Source: Ylistrum balloti (Eukaryota). Taken from it: a stretch of DNA of 64,000 nt. The notes below the pieces were generated by a model, which worked only from the letters and a program-made list of their open reading frames with translations, did not search any database and was not told where the DNA came from. A program made the translations under genes and the position numbers. The DNA lies in assembly GCF_031769215.1 (NCBI RefSeq), contig NW_026782348.1, positions 558,001-622,000 on the forward strand. Reading direction: 5' to 3'. Positions 1 through 13,500 of the stretch are shown here, piece after piece. The first letter of the stretch is position 1. Each line of letters begins with the position of its first letter.

Positions 1-1039
1 TCTAGATGAGGATGTACAGCAGCCAAATACTTAAATAAATGTATAAATAAATCACTGAAATGTTCACAATAAAATTTTTATTCTAATTAATCTTACATGA
101 TCCTTGTGGTCCTAAGCAGGTCTGATGATGTTGCCCACCTCCAGACCTGTTAAAATCAAAATGTTCGTCTCAGCAGGCAGCTGGCACTTTCCTGCCATTC
201 CTTTCTTGTCTGTACATGTATGCGAACTTTTCACTACAAGAAGTAACTCGTCAGTGCCCTCGTGGAAGGAGAACTTATTTATTCACAATATTAGTATATT
301 AATGGAATACAGATGTTGTAGGGGAAAGCATCATCCATATTGGCAGAAATGACGCCAGTCCATCGAATTCTTATACCAGAAGAAGAATTCAGTGTTACCT
401 TTCAATGACTACACGTATTTCTCAGAAACAAAAATAATATTTATATTGGAGTTGATTTCCGAATTACAGCGATATAGCTGGACAATATTCCGACTCAAAG
501 TATAGACTTAAGCGTGCACATGTGTGTACATTATACCTGTATCAAACCTCGTAAATCATTTTATTTGTACGTTTTTTGTACCGTCTTCGAACTCACAAGT
601 AGTAGATTCTTCTGGTGGAGCTTTAGTCACTGAGGTTTGCCGAAATCAGCACTTTTCTTTTAGATTTTGACATTTCTTCCGATCAAGGTGATATTTTTTA
701 CAATACTTTGTTTAACGGTAATATGAGTGTACCTACATATAGAGTCATATTATGTGTATTAAGTTTCTCTTTAAACCAAGTAAAACTTTATTTTGATGTC
801 AGATATAAGAGTTTAGGCTCAGTTAAACTAGAGATTAGTGAACAGCTGATTAAATTTATTCAAGTCGCTTTAATGTATGCCTTATATGCAATGTGATTAA
901 GCATTTTCATTAATAAACTTTCCTATATTTCGCTTAAGGAGCTCGATTATATCCGTGATTTTCTAACTCCGTCATCAATTTTAAGAGGACTGCAGTAGCG
1001 ATTTCGTTTCACGTTTCTATTATCAGGTGTGGTTCGTTT

Positions 1040-1290
1040 ATTTCAACAAAGGACATCAACAAGTGTTGACTATCGGATCAAACATCAAGAGATGTTTCGA
1101 TAGAACTTATAAAGTTGGACGTGTTTTGGTGCTCCTTATGCTCGCTGGTTCCGTTGTTCTTTACTTTGTTCTCATTTGGGAAAATGACCTGTATTCCATG
1201 AAGCAGAAGACGCTTGCCCTTCAGGAACACATGGTTTCATTCCCCTTGTACCTTTTTCTTGAACCTCTATGTAAACCTTTCTTGTCTTAT
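1040..1290 (+). mobile_element. Degraded 3' fragment of a Penelope-like/interspersed repeat family
   Basis: CCATGAAGCAGAAGACGCTTGCCCTTCAGGAACACATGG (about 1197-1235) and the upstream GCTGGTTCCGTTGTTCTTTACTTTGTTC match the reverse complement of about 30900-31000, which lies next to a Penelope-like RT fragment. A third partial copy is at about 21135-21185. Confidence 0.45.
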
Positions 1291-1594
1291 TGAGTTTAAA
1301 TTGTAATTCAAGTCGATATAATAATATTATGAATATTTGTATATACATATACTACCGGAGCTTTATTGACAGCCTTTAGTTACTTTTGACCTACAAAGGT
1401 TATTCAACGGTAGAGGACATCCGATTTTTCCAATCTATTTCTGTTTGTTCGAGGTGGAAAGTATCTGATAGGTCAGATATAGTATGTTTTCCACGTCACT
1501 CGAGACTTTTTACAGCCTCGTTATCGCTGTAATGTAATAGATCCCTCTTTACGCGAAATCCATGTCATAAGCTAGAGATACACAGACATCCGAA

Positions 1595-4500
1595 ATGATG
1601 AGTACTAGGCTACAGACCATGGAAGCTGAAGGCCTTGTTTCGGAGAGCGCCAAGCCTGTTCACGTATCACCATTTGATGACGAGGATACGGAAACTGCAG
1701 AAGGCGTTAAAGATACAAAAAGAGGACAATGGGCACACAAACTGGACTCGCTGCTGTCAATGATCGGCTATTGTGTTGGGTATGGAAACATCTGGCGATT
1801 TCCCTACTTTTGCATGCGAAATGGTGGAGGTATGTAGCTGACAAACGTTGTTATAGTCTTTCGCCTTAAACAAATAAGTATGTGTTAACGGCCCTAGATC
1901 ATCATCTTAGATTTTATTGAAAATAAACGCGATGCTCTACAATCAAGTCTTTGATAATGTATGTGACTGTATATACATATATTTGTTTCCGGTTACTGCT
2001 TGAAGAAAAGATATGCAGGTAGGGATTTTTTGTTTGTTTGTAAGTTTGTTTTTTCGTTGTAATGTTTTCTTGCCTTTGCTACTGTTTTTTTCAAATACCG
2101 TACAATGGTAAGGGAATGGGTCAGGCCTGTTTAAGTGTCGCATGTGCGTATTATGAGATGTATGTGTAGTCGGAAGGGCTCTGATTATCTATTCGCGATT
2201 TTGTTTTTGTCTTGGTCGCGAATAGTAGTCCGGATTCCTCCCTCTATAAAAAGTTTTAGCGACTTGTGTACAGAGCGGCATCCGGGCAATGTTTTATATG
2301 GCAATATTTCAATCGAAAGATGTAACTGTCTTTCATGTTTCTCAACGCAATTAAATATTGCGAATAAAGGATTTCATTTATTTCCCCTACCAATTGCATG
2401 TGACTGTGCATCGGTCGGAATGAGTCATATTCACCGACTTTAGGCTAAGTGATGCGTGTTGAGAGTGAAAATCCAAAAATGGTATTCCATTTGTTTTTTA
2501 TTCTCGTGATCCATTTAGACCAAATTTCTGCGTTTATCTGATGAACTATACATCTAATAACATACACTGAAACGCTCTACTTATCTGGAGACGTCCACGC
2601 CCTACATTAAGCCTTGTGTCATGTACGTTACCTTATCTCTAACATCTTTCTGAACTTCATTTTAATTCAACACGAACAACAAGGACCAGGCTTCAACGAA
2701 AGCGTAAATACACTTTAACTTGTCATTTTGATACTGCGATGGTGTATTCAAAAGAAATTATACAGAACTTTTCTATTGGTATGTGCAAATGATATTAGAT
2801 TATGTAAATCTGAGTTATACAATATGTTGACAGTATGTAAATAAACATCACGGTTTTGAGAGATACAGGTATATGGTCGATATGGATTTACTTCCTTGTT
2901 CGATGTTAAGATGTGCTCGAGATTCGTTATTAGGTCCTTATGGTTTTGTTGTATTTCGCCTTACTAATACTAACCAAATTGTACGTGTCATATATGAAGT
3001 AAACTGCCGAAACCTTGTCTATATTATCCTGATACTTTGTTCAGGAGTCGTCTTGTAAGTCTTGTTTGTTGATATCATTCTCCGTTTATCGAGTTTGAAT
3101 TAATAGCTTTGACTTGTCGGTGTAACCTTACTATTATCGCAAAGCTTAACTCTTATGATCATACAATTTCCAGAGAGGTGTTCCCATGTGGTTAAATTTA
3201 GCGATATAGCAATGTATCTGGATATTATACGACAGTCTGACAGAGGCTTATATGTAGTTGACCCGCTCGTCTTCCTAATGTTACAGTCAGGTACGTCATT
3301 ATGTAGGACCTAAGACCCCTAAATTATTCCAGGTTGGGTGGTATTTTCCCGTTGTAGGCTTGGTATAGTCAGCAATATTACTTAGGGTGGTCATTGTTTG
3401 TCAGGAGTTATGGGTGGTCAGTGAGGTTATATTCTTTTTCTGCATATTTTGTCATCACATTTAACCTTCTCATCCCTGTTGCAGCATGGACATAATAATC
3501 ACACTTGTTGTCTTTCATTGATCTGTAGCCAGTTGTAAGTCGAGACCGAACCACAGAGTTGTACTATGTAAAATCACTATACGTGGCTAGGCTGGTGTCA
3601 GACACCAGAACCTTTTACACTTGTATGGCGAGAACAAGAGCGGTAATCTCAAAGGTGCCAAACACGTTCATTTGAATGGAACACATTTGGTTGGTTGAAT
3701 GCCTTAAACGAGAGCGGTATTCTTAACAGCTCCAAACGTGTTCTTTTGAATGTCTATACTTACGCAGCATAGTATTTATACACAAAGAACCAAACGCATT
3801 GTTATCATAATTTCATATTAACGATGTTTGTTTATGTCCCAAAATTTAACATAAACATGGCTTAAAATGAAGATGACATGTAAAACAGAAATTGTGAAAA
3901 TACAGTCATCATTAGATAATACATAATACATATATACATAATTCCTGCATCTATTATTACGGTAACATAAGCAGTCATAATGTTGTCATCTTATTATGAC
4001 GTCACAACAGCAAAGGTCATTTATTCTTTATCATTTGATGAACAAATAAGTACGCAGGTCAAAAAAGAAAACTCTATGTTTGCACTAATAAGGAGAACGT
4101 TTCAATTTCTCAGTGAATATAACTTCCCGTTATTGTACAAAACAATAGTTAGGGTTCATCTGGAACATTCCATTACTGTATGGCATCCATATAAAGTCAA
4201 ACATATAGATATGATCGAGGCAGAGCAACGGAGAGCAACAAAACAATTATCAGGATTTAAGGAACTGACTTATTCGGAAAGACTGAAACGCCTAAAATTA
4301 CCAACATTGGCATTCAGGAGGTTTCGTGGGGATGTGATTGAAGTCTTTAAAATTACGAACAATTTTTGTGATAGTAACGCTGCAGGTTTCCTTAAATTGT
4401 GGATCGACAAAGTTCAAATTCAGCGAACAAGGGGTCACTCCAAAAAACATGCAGCACTGTAAACTTGACATCAGGAAACGTTCTTTTTCTTTGCGTGTGG

Positions 4501-7500
4501 TCAAAATATGGAACAATCTTCCGGAGTATATTGTATCGGCACCAACAGTTAACTCTTTCAAAAATAGATTAGATGAACACTGGACAAATCAAGAACTGGT
4601 ATATGATTATAAAGCAGAAATTTTGTAGTTCCTGGATCTGACGTCTCAAATGACAATAATTATAAACATTATCATTGTATCACTGAGACCGGTATAGAGG
4701 ATCGTAACTATCCTGCACTGGTAATAAACTAAACTAAACTAAACTAATTTAATGTACACTCCCACGTGGGATTAATATAATCGTTCATCAACTCTAGGAT
4801 GAGATGGGAAATGCTAAGAATTTCCCTCAATTTTTACGCGCTTTCCGTATCGAGTAGAAGACAAAGAACATGGTGTGTAACGTGACGCTACCCACAATGA
4901 CATTTTTGCTTTATTTTGACAAAGAGTAACCAAGAACTACCTCTCCGTGTGTTAGTACGACTTTAAGAGCGCGTGTGTTTATTAATAGAACGGTAAATAT
5001 GATATGTCGTCACTTTCGGTAGCAAACAAGAAGTGTGTACCCATATTGATACCCTGCAAGAAAAAGGGGATAAAACAGACACCACAACATCTTGTTCTGT
5101 AAAAAATAACGATTTTCCAGAACAAATGAGATGTAAGTATATATTTTGAACTAAGTGTACAACATACTGATTACCTCATAATCTAATTAAATATGGAAAT
5201 GAAGATAAGCGCTGCCGTGCATAGTAATACCGCTGTGGGATCACACAACGTTACACGATGTCCGATGTTTGTACGATGTGCTTACGATAGGAAAATTGGA
5301 GGAAATAAGCTACCGCACATTTGTGCGCACGTTGTGCGGTTTTATCGCACAGGTGTGCGATTCTATAGTGGTTGATATAAATTGAGAAATGCTTGATAAA
5401 TAAGTGTTGGATAGGGTTTATTTATTTTCTAAATATATAAGAATACAAATAAGTATATTTCTTAATAAAGCTATTGAGATATATATAAGTTGGATAATTG
5501 TAGGTATATCAGATAAACACTGAATAGCTAGATACACTCGGAATTTAGAGGGTTTTTTTGTTTACAATGAGCCACACGTAATCCGCCTTAGTGTACGACA
5601 ACAACTTACATAATCATTATATATGCAAACTTTAAATGGTGGTCTCTTTATGTCACGGCAATGAAAACTTCAAAATATCATACAGTCAAAGAGGTTGTTT
5701 TATTTCATTCACTTTGTAAACGGATTCACACCTGTCATGTATATACCTTTATACAGGTAAACTTAAGTTGCCCGTGAAACCACTACTCGGCACTTGATGA
5801 GATGTGGCACTACATACAATAAGGACTAGTTAATGCAGGTCCAGTGTTATTTCCTAAAAACTGTAGCATTAAAAATGACGTTTATAATCACCGATCAATT
5901 TTAATGTTCATGTGATCGCTATTTAGTGACAACGTTAAGAATTTTTCGTTTAGTTTTCAATCCGTCATATCAGCGAAACAGTTTGACCAAACAGCACAAA
6001 ATATGCTGTTCATTGAAGGACAAAGATCTGTGCAGAGGCTAATTAAGAGGAACAAAAACAAATCCAAATTGACAGAAAATACCAGAGAATGAACACATAA
6101 AATTAAATAGAATTGCATTTTACTCTGGTGAGGATAAATCAGTTTTTGTAAATATTTAAATTGTCAGATTTATTGTTTTAGGTTAGTCATCCTCTGAGTG
6201 TTCTCCAGTTTGAAGGTTATCTGTTCATTTTCAAAGACAATGCATATGATAGCATGCTTGATAATCAATTCCAACACTCCTAAACTAAAATTAGGTACAA
6301 ACAGGTATTTTTCTAAATCTTTTTATGGTTTTTCACCAAGAGACTATTTGTTTCATAGCAGGTAAGAAAAATCTACTTTTCTATCAATGTATGTAACAGA
6401 TGTCAAATATCACACACTTGCATGTATAGATACCTTTCATAATTTACGTATCATACTTAATGTTCCTATTTTTCTCTCCTTCATATAACTTTCTTATAAC
6501 TGACAAAGTTGGTGAAAAGTTTCTCTCCAGACACATACATGTATATGGTTGCTGCTGAAGGTGACATATTGAAAAATCGTTCTAATTAGATCCAATTAGT
6601 CATTGTTGATGTATACCTTGTCCTTAAATAGCTTATACAGTTATATAACATGTATCAAATTCATAACACTATAATGTGAATGAAATGATTTAGATATGAT
6701 ATTTTAGATATACAGGTAGAGTATCTGCCTCCATATATTACCATCATGTTTCTTGGTACATGTAGAGGGGAAGATAAAAGGGAGATAATCAGTTAACATC
6801 AAAATCACAATGGATGTAGTCAGTAATGTGAAAGAATGCCTTATGATGAAAGCTTATTTCTTTTTAATAATTAAGTACATGTATCGTGATGATGTAAAGA
6901 TGAAAGTTAATGACTACAGTGTCTTACTAAGACATTGCATTGTTTCTTTCAGATTCAGGAATGAAAGGAATGTGTTTTGACATACAAACAATTGTTTGTA
7001 ATTTTCTATTTATCAATCCTAGATTTCTCCTGACTGTGATACGTGTACCTAAGTATGGAGCTCATCCTCAGCTGGTTACAATGTGACTTGATTGACTTTC
7101 AAACGACATTCAACAATCATACGGCTCAGTTAATTATTCTTCACCGTGTTTCTATTGCTTAGTTTGTCATTTGATAGCATTCTCACTGCAAACTGCAAGT
7201 TGGATTGATGTGAATGACTTATACTTGAATCTGGAAATAAAATTTTAAAAAATTGTATCCGCACTAAATGTTATGTTACATGACTGAGTTTTGAATTTTT
7301 TTGTACTGGCAAGGTCAAATGGCATATAAATAGACATGTATGTTAATTACTCCAGTGAAATATGAATCGAAAAAAATTACATCAAATTAAACAAAGATTC
7401 AACAGAAATAGAGCATAAACTTAATCATGGAAAGATTTTTATTTGTCGGCATTTTTGTTTGTTTTGATAGTGCATGCTTTCCATGAAGTAAATAACATCT

Positions 7501-10500
7501 GGGGAATGTTTCATTGTGGTATCTGAAAGTTCTTCAAGGTTTATGAGTCCTATTCTTTATATACAACAAAGCAGAACATTCTTGTTCCTTTTAAATGGCC
7601 TCATCTCTACTGCAAATTAAAAAAAAAAACATTATGTATACTCTGACCAGAGACTTGGCTAGATGTAGATCCCTGTATACATTTGAAAGGTTAGTTTTCT
7701 GTTTGTGTTATTACTTAACTAGTCAGACAAGTTCAATTTCACATCACACCCACCCACCCACCCACCCACGCACGCACGCACNNNNNNNNNNNNNNNNNNN
7801 NNNNNNNNNNNNNNNNNNNNNNNNNNNNNNNNNNNNNNNNNNNNNNNNNNNNNNNNNNNNNNNNNNNNNNNNNNNNNNNNNNNNNNNNNNNNNNNNNNNN
7901 NNNNNNNNNNNNNNNNNNNNNNNNNNNNNNNNNNNNNNNNNNNNNNNNNNNNNNNNNNNNNNNNNNNNNNNNNNNNNNNNNNNNNNNNNNNNNNNNNNNN
8001 NNNNNNNNNNNNNNNNNNNNNNNNNNNNNNNNNNNNNNNNNNNNNNNNNNNNNNNNNNNNNNNNNNNNNNNNNNNNNNNNNNNNNNNNNNNNNNNNNNNN
8101 NNNNNNNNNNNNNNNNNNNNNNNNNNNNNNNNNNNNNNNNNNNNNNNNNNNNNNNNNNNNNNNNNNNNNNNNNNNNNNNNNNNNNNNNNNNNNNNNNNNT
8201 ATTGGTATATAAGAAACAGTTCAGTAAAAGAAATACTACTTTCTACACAGCGTATATTTGTCTATACGAATAAAAAGGAAAAATGTGCAGATAGTCAATG
8301 TTTTGTAGCTTAACAAAGTAGCTTATATGTCACGAAGATCATATCTGGATTTTCTTTTAGTCACCGTGCGTTTTTTAGTTGCGCCATGCGCAGAGCGGTC
8401 TTATAAGATGGCGGAATCGACAAGAGTCGTGTCTCGTCGATACAAAAAACGGACTACTAAAAATATACTTAGATATCTTCTACACGAAAGTGACTGTTTT
8501 GGATTTTAAGTTTATCATGTAATAAAAGACTCTTTGGTTATATGCAGAAATACCTTAAAAGGGATAGAAAAATTCCCGTCGCATGATTTGTGATAGGAAC
8601 ATTTATGACAGTTTTGCTCATTTCGAAACGGTCTTGCATAGGAACTTAGATGCTTTGTACAATAAATCAGTGTTGTTAGATATTGTTATTTTTACATTAT
8701 CATTGTGAATTCCTGCATACTTCATTCGCAATGATTGACGGACATTTTTTTACCATGAAAGGTATCAACTTGGGTATAGTATCGATTTGGGTAGCGTCAC
8801 GTTAAACAAAAACACGAGGAATGCGTATGAATATTGACGAGGCTTCACCTCGGACGATTCACACTCTGCGATTTGATCTTCCGCTTAAAAAAATCTAGTG
8901 CATATGCCAATAAAACGTCAGATAACATTAAACTCTTCAGATATTAACAATAAGTTGTGGATAACGGTGAGTTTCAATCTTGATGATAACCTGGATTTTC
9001 TGGTTTTAGGATAGTTTTTAGTAGTAGACAAGCTAGTTTGTGTGTGACCTCACAAAAGTAGTTCCACGTCACTTCAGTGACGTCACTTTTATTGTTTTAA
9101 GAACATGCAAAGCAGGGGCGTAGCTATAGTCCAGCAGAAATGTGTAAGCCCAGGCGAGGGGTCTTGGGGCCGCCTGGTGGGGGATCAGGGGGAGAAGCCC
9201 TCTGACGGAAAATGAATTTCATGATTTCAAAGATGTTTTGAATCGTTTTCTGAGACAGTTTTTTTATTCACCTAGCAACAAACTTCAACCCCTGACTAAA
9301 TAAAAGACTTTATTTTGTTTGAAAAACTTGTCGATCGACGTCTGTAATCCAGAAGCCTTCTTCATTTTGAACATTTGCACTTTAACAACAGTATAACAGG
9401 AAAAGTTGATATGATGGTAAGAAATAGAACAGTATGACGTGTATGAAGTAGCGGAAAGCAATGCACTAGGTCTAGTTATTCATCAATTTTCTTTTTATAT
9501 TGATAAAAAATATAAGATATTTATTTTGAACCTTAGTTTTGAAATTTTGTTCGACATACTCTATGCACGGATTTTTTTATGTGTAAGCCTGGGCTTTTTC
9601 TTTCTATGGAAGCTACGCCCCTGCAAAGAGCACGTATAGCTTGTCGCAACCCTAAGCTGATATAAAGAAATCTCACTCAGGAAAAAATATATAAATTTAA
9701 CTGTCCAGAGAGCAAAAGTAAAAGAACCCCACATCAGTCACAGTGTGAATATACCTATATCGAGTTATAGAACCCGAGGGATTCACTATCAGTTCTTACC
9801 TAACTGCAGAAAATTCTTTTGTTTGTTTTATATTACAGGATCTTTCCTCGTGGCTTTTCTATTTATCCTGGTTATATGCGGACTTCCTACGTTCTTCTTG
9901 GACCTAGTGATGGGTCAATTCTCTGGGAAGACAACACTTCATGCGTGGGAAATATGTCCTTTACTGCAAGGTTACAAAACGGCTAACATGTATATTGTTA
10001 TTCAACATTTGGTCATAAAGTATCTAACTCTAAATTTGTATTGAAAAGTGTTATTCAATTAAGTGTCTTAATAATGTAAACTATTTACTTTGTTACATGT
10101 TGCAATAACCCAATCATTTGATTAAAAAGTAGTAGGATAAGGCCTAATCTAATGCTAATACAACAATTTTCTGATGTCTTTCTGGAACAAAATATTTCTC
10201 ATTTCTGTACTTCTCAGGTATATTTTGTTTATTATATTTATATATTAATATTAATTAACGAAACAATGTAACTATTCATCATTGATGTCTTTAAAACAAA
10301 ACATATATACACTGCATTTCGTTAAAATTACAAATTACATGAAAGTTATTTTGTAAAATTTTAGAATGGCGGAGACACTGTTGCTGGATTCTTATAGACA
10401 AAACATTTTATTATATTAACTATGTTGTATTGATATTCATGTTTTTATTATCTATGCTCATAAAAATGTAAATATCAATAACATCTATAAAAACATAACT

Positions 10501-13500
10501 AAAGTCTTAAATGTTTGGGTGACCCCCCCATTCTGGGTTTTTCCATTCTCTTCGACCAATTTTGGACTTTGCTCAGTAGCCTCCTATGTTTTAACAATCT
10601 AGACTCTAGTATCACTGACGAATCCTAGCAGGACGAAATAGTTGTATGATGCAGTTAAATTTTCTCTTTTGTATTGAAAGGTGCTAATCATTTCAGAGTA
10701 TTTTGTATAATCTGTATCAATATGTCCGTTCATATCTCGTCAATTTTGACCAATAGGTATTGGCGCTGGAGCCCTGATCGTTCTGTTTGTCATCAGTACA
10801 TACTACAACATGATAATAGCATGGACGTTGTTTTATCTTGGGTCCTCCTTCCTGACACCATTACCATGGGACAACTGTGACAACAGCTGGAACACAGCCA
10901 ACTGCATCATCAACAAACCGTTACACAATACCTCTCTGTACAACTATACTACAAACACTACAGAGCTGACCGAATCTGTATACAGAAACAATGTGACACT
11001 TCCTAAGAAAGTGGCGACTTCAACAGAGGAGTTCTGGAGGTGGGGATACCTTTTATTCCTTTATTTAGTATTCGGATATAGCAATTGAATATATTTGTTT
11101 TTATTTTTATTGTAGACATAGAAGAGGCAAGGCGGAGGAGAATTTCAAATATAGCCATCCTTATATTGTTGTGAATACGAGAATAATTGTGTCACGTTTA
11201 CAATTTTGTATTCAGTAGTGCAATTTGAAACAATAGAGTAAAGAAATGGTACAGCGTGACAAAATAGCTTAACAATGATCATGGCTTGATGCCAACGACA
11301 CACTGAGAACATCCGAGTTTACGTCTAGTCTATTTAACGTGTGGAGTGATATGCTTGTTAGTACGAAGTGATGAATTGTTTACCGAAATATTATAGACCT
11401 GAACATAACATGGCTTTTACAGGTATCGACTCCTAGATATATCTACTGGTATCGACGCTTTAGGGGATATCCCATGGCATCTAGCTGTGTGTTTGTTAGC
11501 CGCCTGGTTACTAACGTTTGTTAGTTTGATCCGTGGCATCAGATCTTCAGGAAAGGTAATGGTCAGATTAGACGCCTGTCAAGGAAGTTTCCATTATACC
11601 TTCAGGACATCAGCGACCTCTAATAGATATCATTAGATGTCGCAGAATATACCATTCGTTCTAGGTACAGAGTAAGTGTTGTGTGGGACGTATATAATGA
11701 CATCATCATGTTTGTCGAACTGTTAATGTATCTTAAGTATAAATATTCCAATTAATGTGGTAAGAGAAGTATTTGGCGTTATCTTATGTTTTACACGAAT
11801 GTTTGTGTTGTATTGCACAGTGTCATAGACTGAATTCCTTAGATTTCCTTATGTTGTGTACGGGGATGTACGTATTGAATGACTGTATAGTATTCGGGTT
11901 CACTATTAGATGTTCGTGTTTATGTAAATGTTTTATCTTGAGTTGCTATTGGTGGTAAATGTGACTATTTAAATGTTTTATCCTATATTTCTGTAAGTGG
12001 TGCACGTGACTATATAATTGTTTTATCCTATATTTCTGTAAGTGGTGTACGTGTCTGTATAAATCGTTCATCTTGGGTTTCTATAGTTGGTGTATGTAAC
12101 TATATAAATACATTGTCTTAGGTTTCTATAGATGGTGCACATGACTATATAAATATTTCTAAAAGTTGTGTGCTTTTTGTGTAGATATTTTGTCTTTGGT
12201 ATCTATATGTGGTGTTCGTGTCTACATAAATATTTTGTCTTGGTTTTCTGCATGTGGTGTTCGTGTCTATATAAATATTTGTCTTGGTTTTATATAGGTG
12301 GTGTTCAATTCTATATAAATATTTTGTCTTGGTTTTCTAGGTGGTGTACGTGACTGCTTTGCTGCCTTATTTCATTCTCACCATCATTTTCATCAGGACT
12401 TTGCTGCTTCCGGGGGCCGCGGATGGCATCATCTTTTTCATCACCCCAGACATGAACAAACTTTCAGAGGCTCAGGTAGATGTGTGACAAACATGATATT
12501 ACTTTGATAATAATTGATCATAGCGTTTAAAATCTATGAATATATATATATATATCTAAACAAAAAGGAAATTTTATTGTAAACGATATTCTTGTTACAA
12601 TTTGTTGTCGTCAGCGGAGTGGGATGTACTTTCTCTCGTCACACACGATTGTTCTCATAATATAATGTTATATTGTTTTGATTTAATGTTGTCTTTATAT
12701 ACATTCACATACATTTACATATTCAAAGCATTATTGGTGCCTATTGATGTTAATGTGTTATAACCTGATTCCCAAGTAATGATATCTTTCGTGCTTGAAA
12801 GACCTTAAACGTCACTAAATATGTTTGCTTATATACTTATATTTTCAATAAATGATATACATACTATTTATCCCAACAATAAATGCCATTAGTTTTTTCT
12901 CGTAATAGGATATTGGAGGCTATTGAACAAGTTTATCTATACATTGTTAATTTGTTTCGGAGACTGTATTAGGAAACACACTGACCTTACAGTACAGTCT
13001 ATTTTAGTCTATTGATTGTTGTTTAGATTTCTGGTCTATATATTTGTAATAAACCTCCATGATTTTATATATTGGAAGCGTCTTTCAATCGTTGAAGGTA
13101 TGGCTGGAGGCGGCTCTGCAAGTCTTCTATTCTTTGGGGCCTGGCTGGGGACCTTTGATCACCATAGCTAGCTACAACGACTTTCATAACAACTGTTTCA
13201 GGTAAACCATTTCACAACAATCAAGGTAAACAATTACACAACAAAAAAAGGTAGACCATGTCACAGCAAACAAGATTAACAATCGCACAACAATCTAGGT
13301 AAACCATAAAGAAACCATAATGTTTTGGGTGTCATATGAAAAGGAGACACATTAAGATAAAAAGCTTGCTCCATTTATAACAAATGGCACTGCTTTAATA
13401 AACTGTTGCCACATTGTTTTCCGGTATCCTTTGTAGAGATTCAATCCTTATGGTGTTTATCTGTGAGGGAACAAGTATATACGGAGGGTTAGTCGTATTT

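Noticed and set aside
7595-8212. 205-aa ORF
   Set aside because: Mostly spans the N gap.
4875-8805. Inverted 17-bp match TAACGTGACGCTACCCA (about 4878) versus TGGGTAGCGTCACGTTA (about 8788)
   Set aside because: Probably two fragments of a common repeat family; no TSD or coherent element between them.
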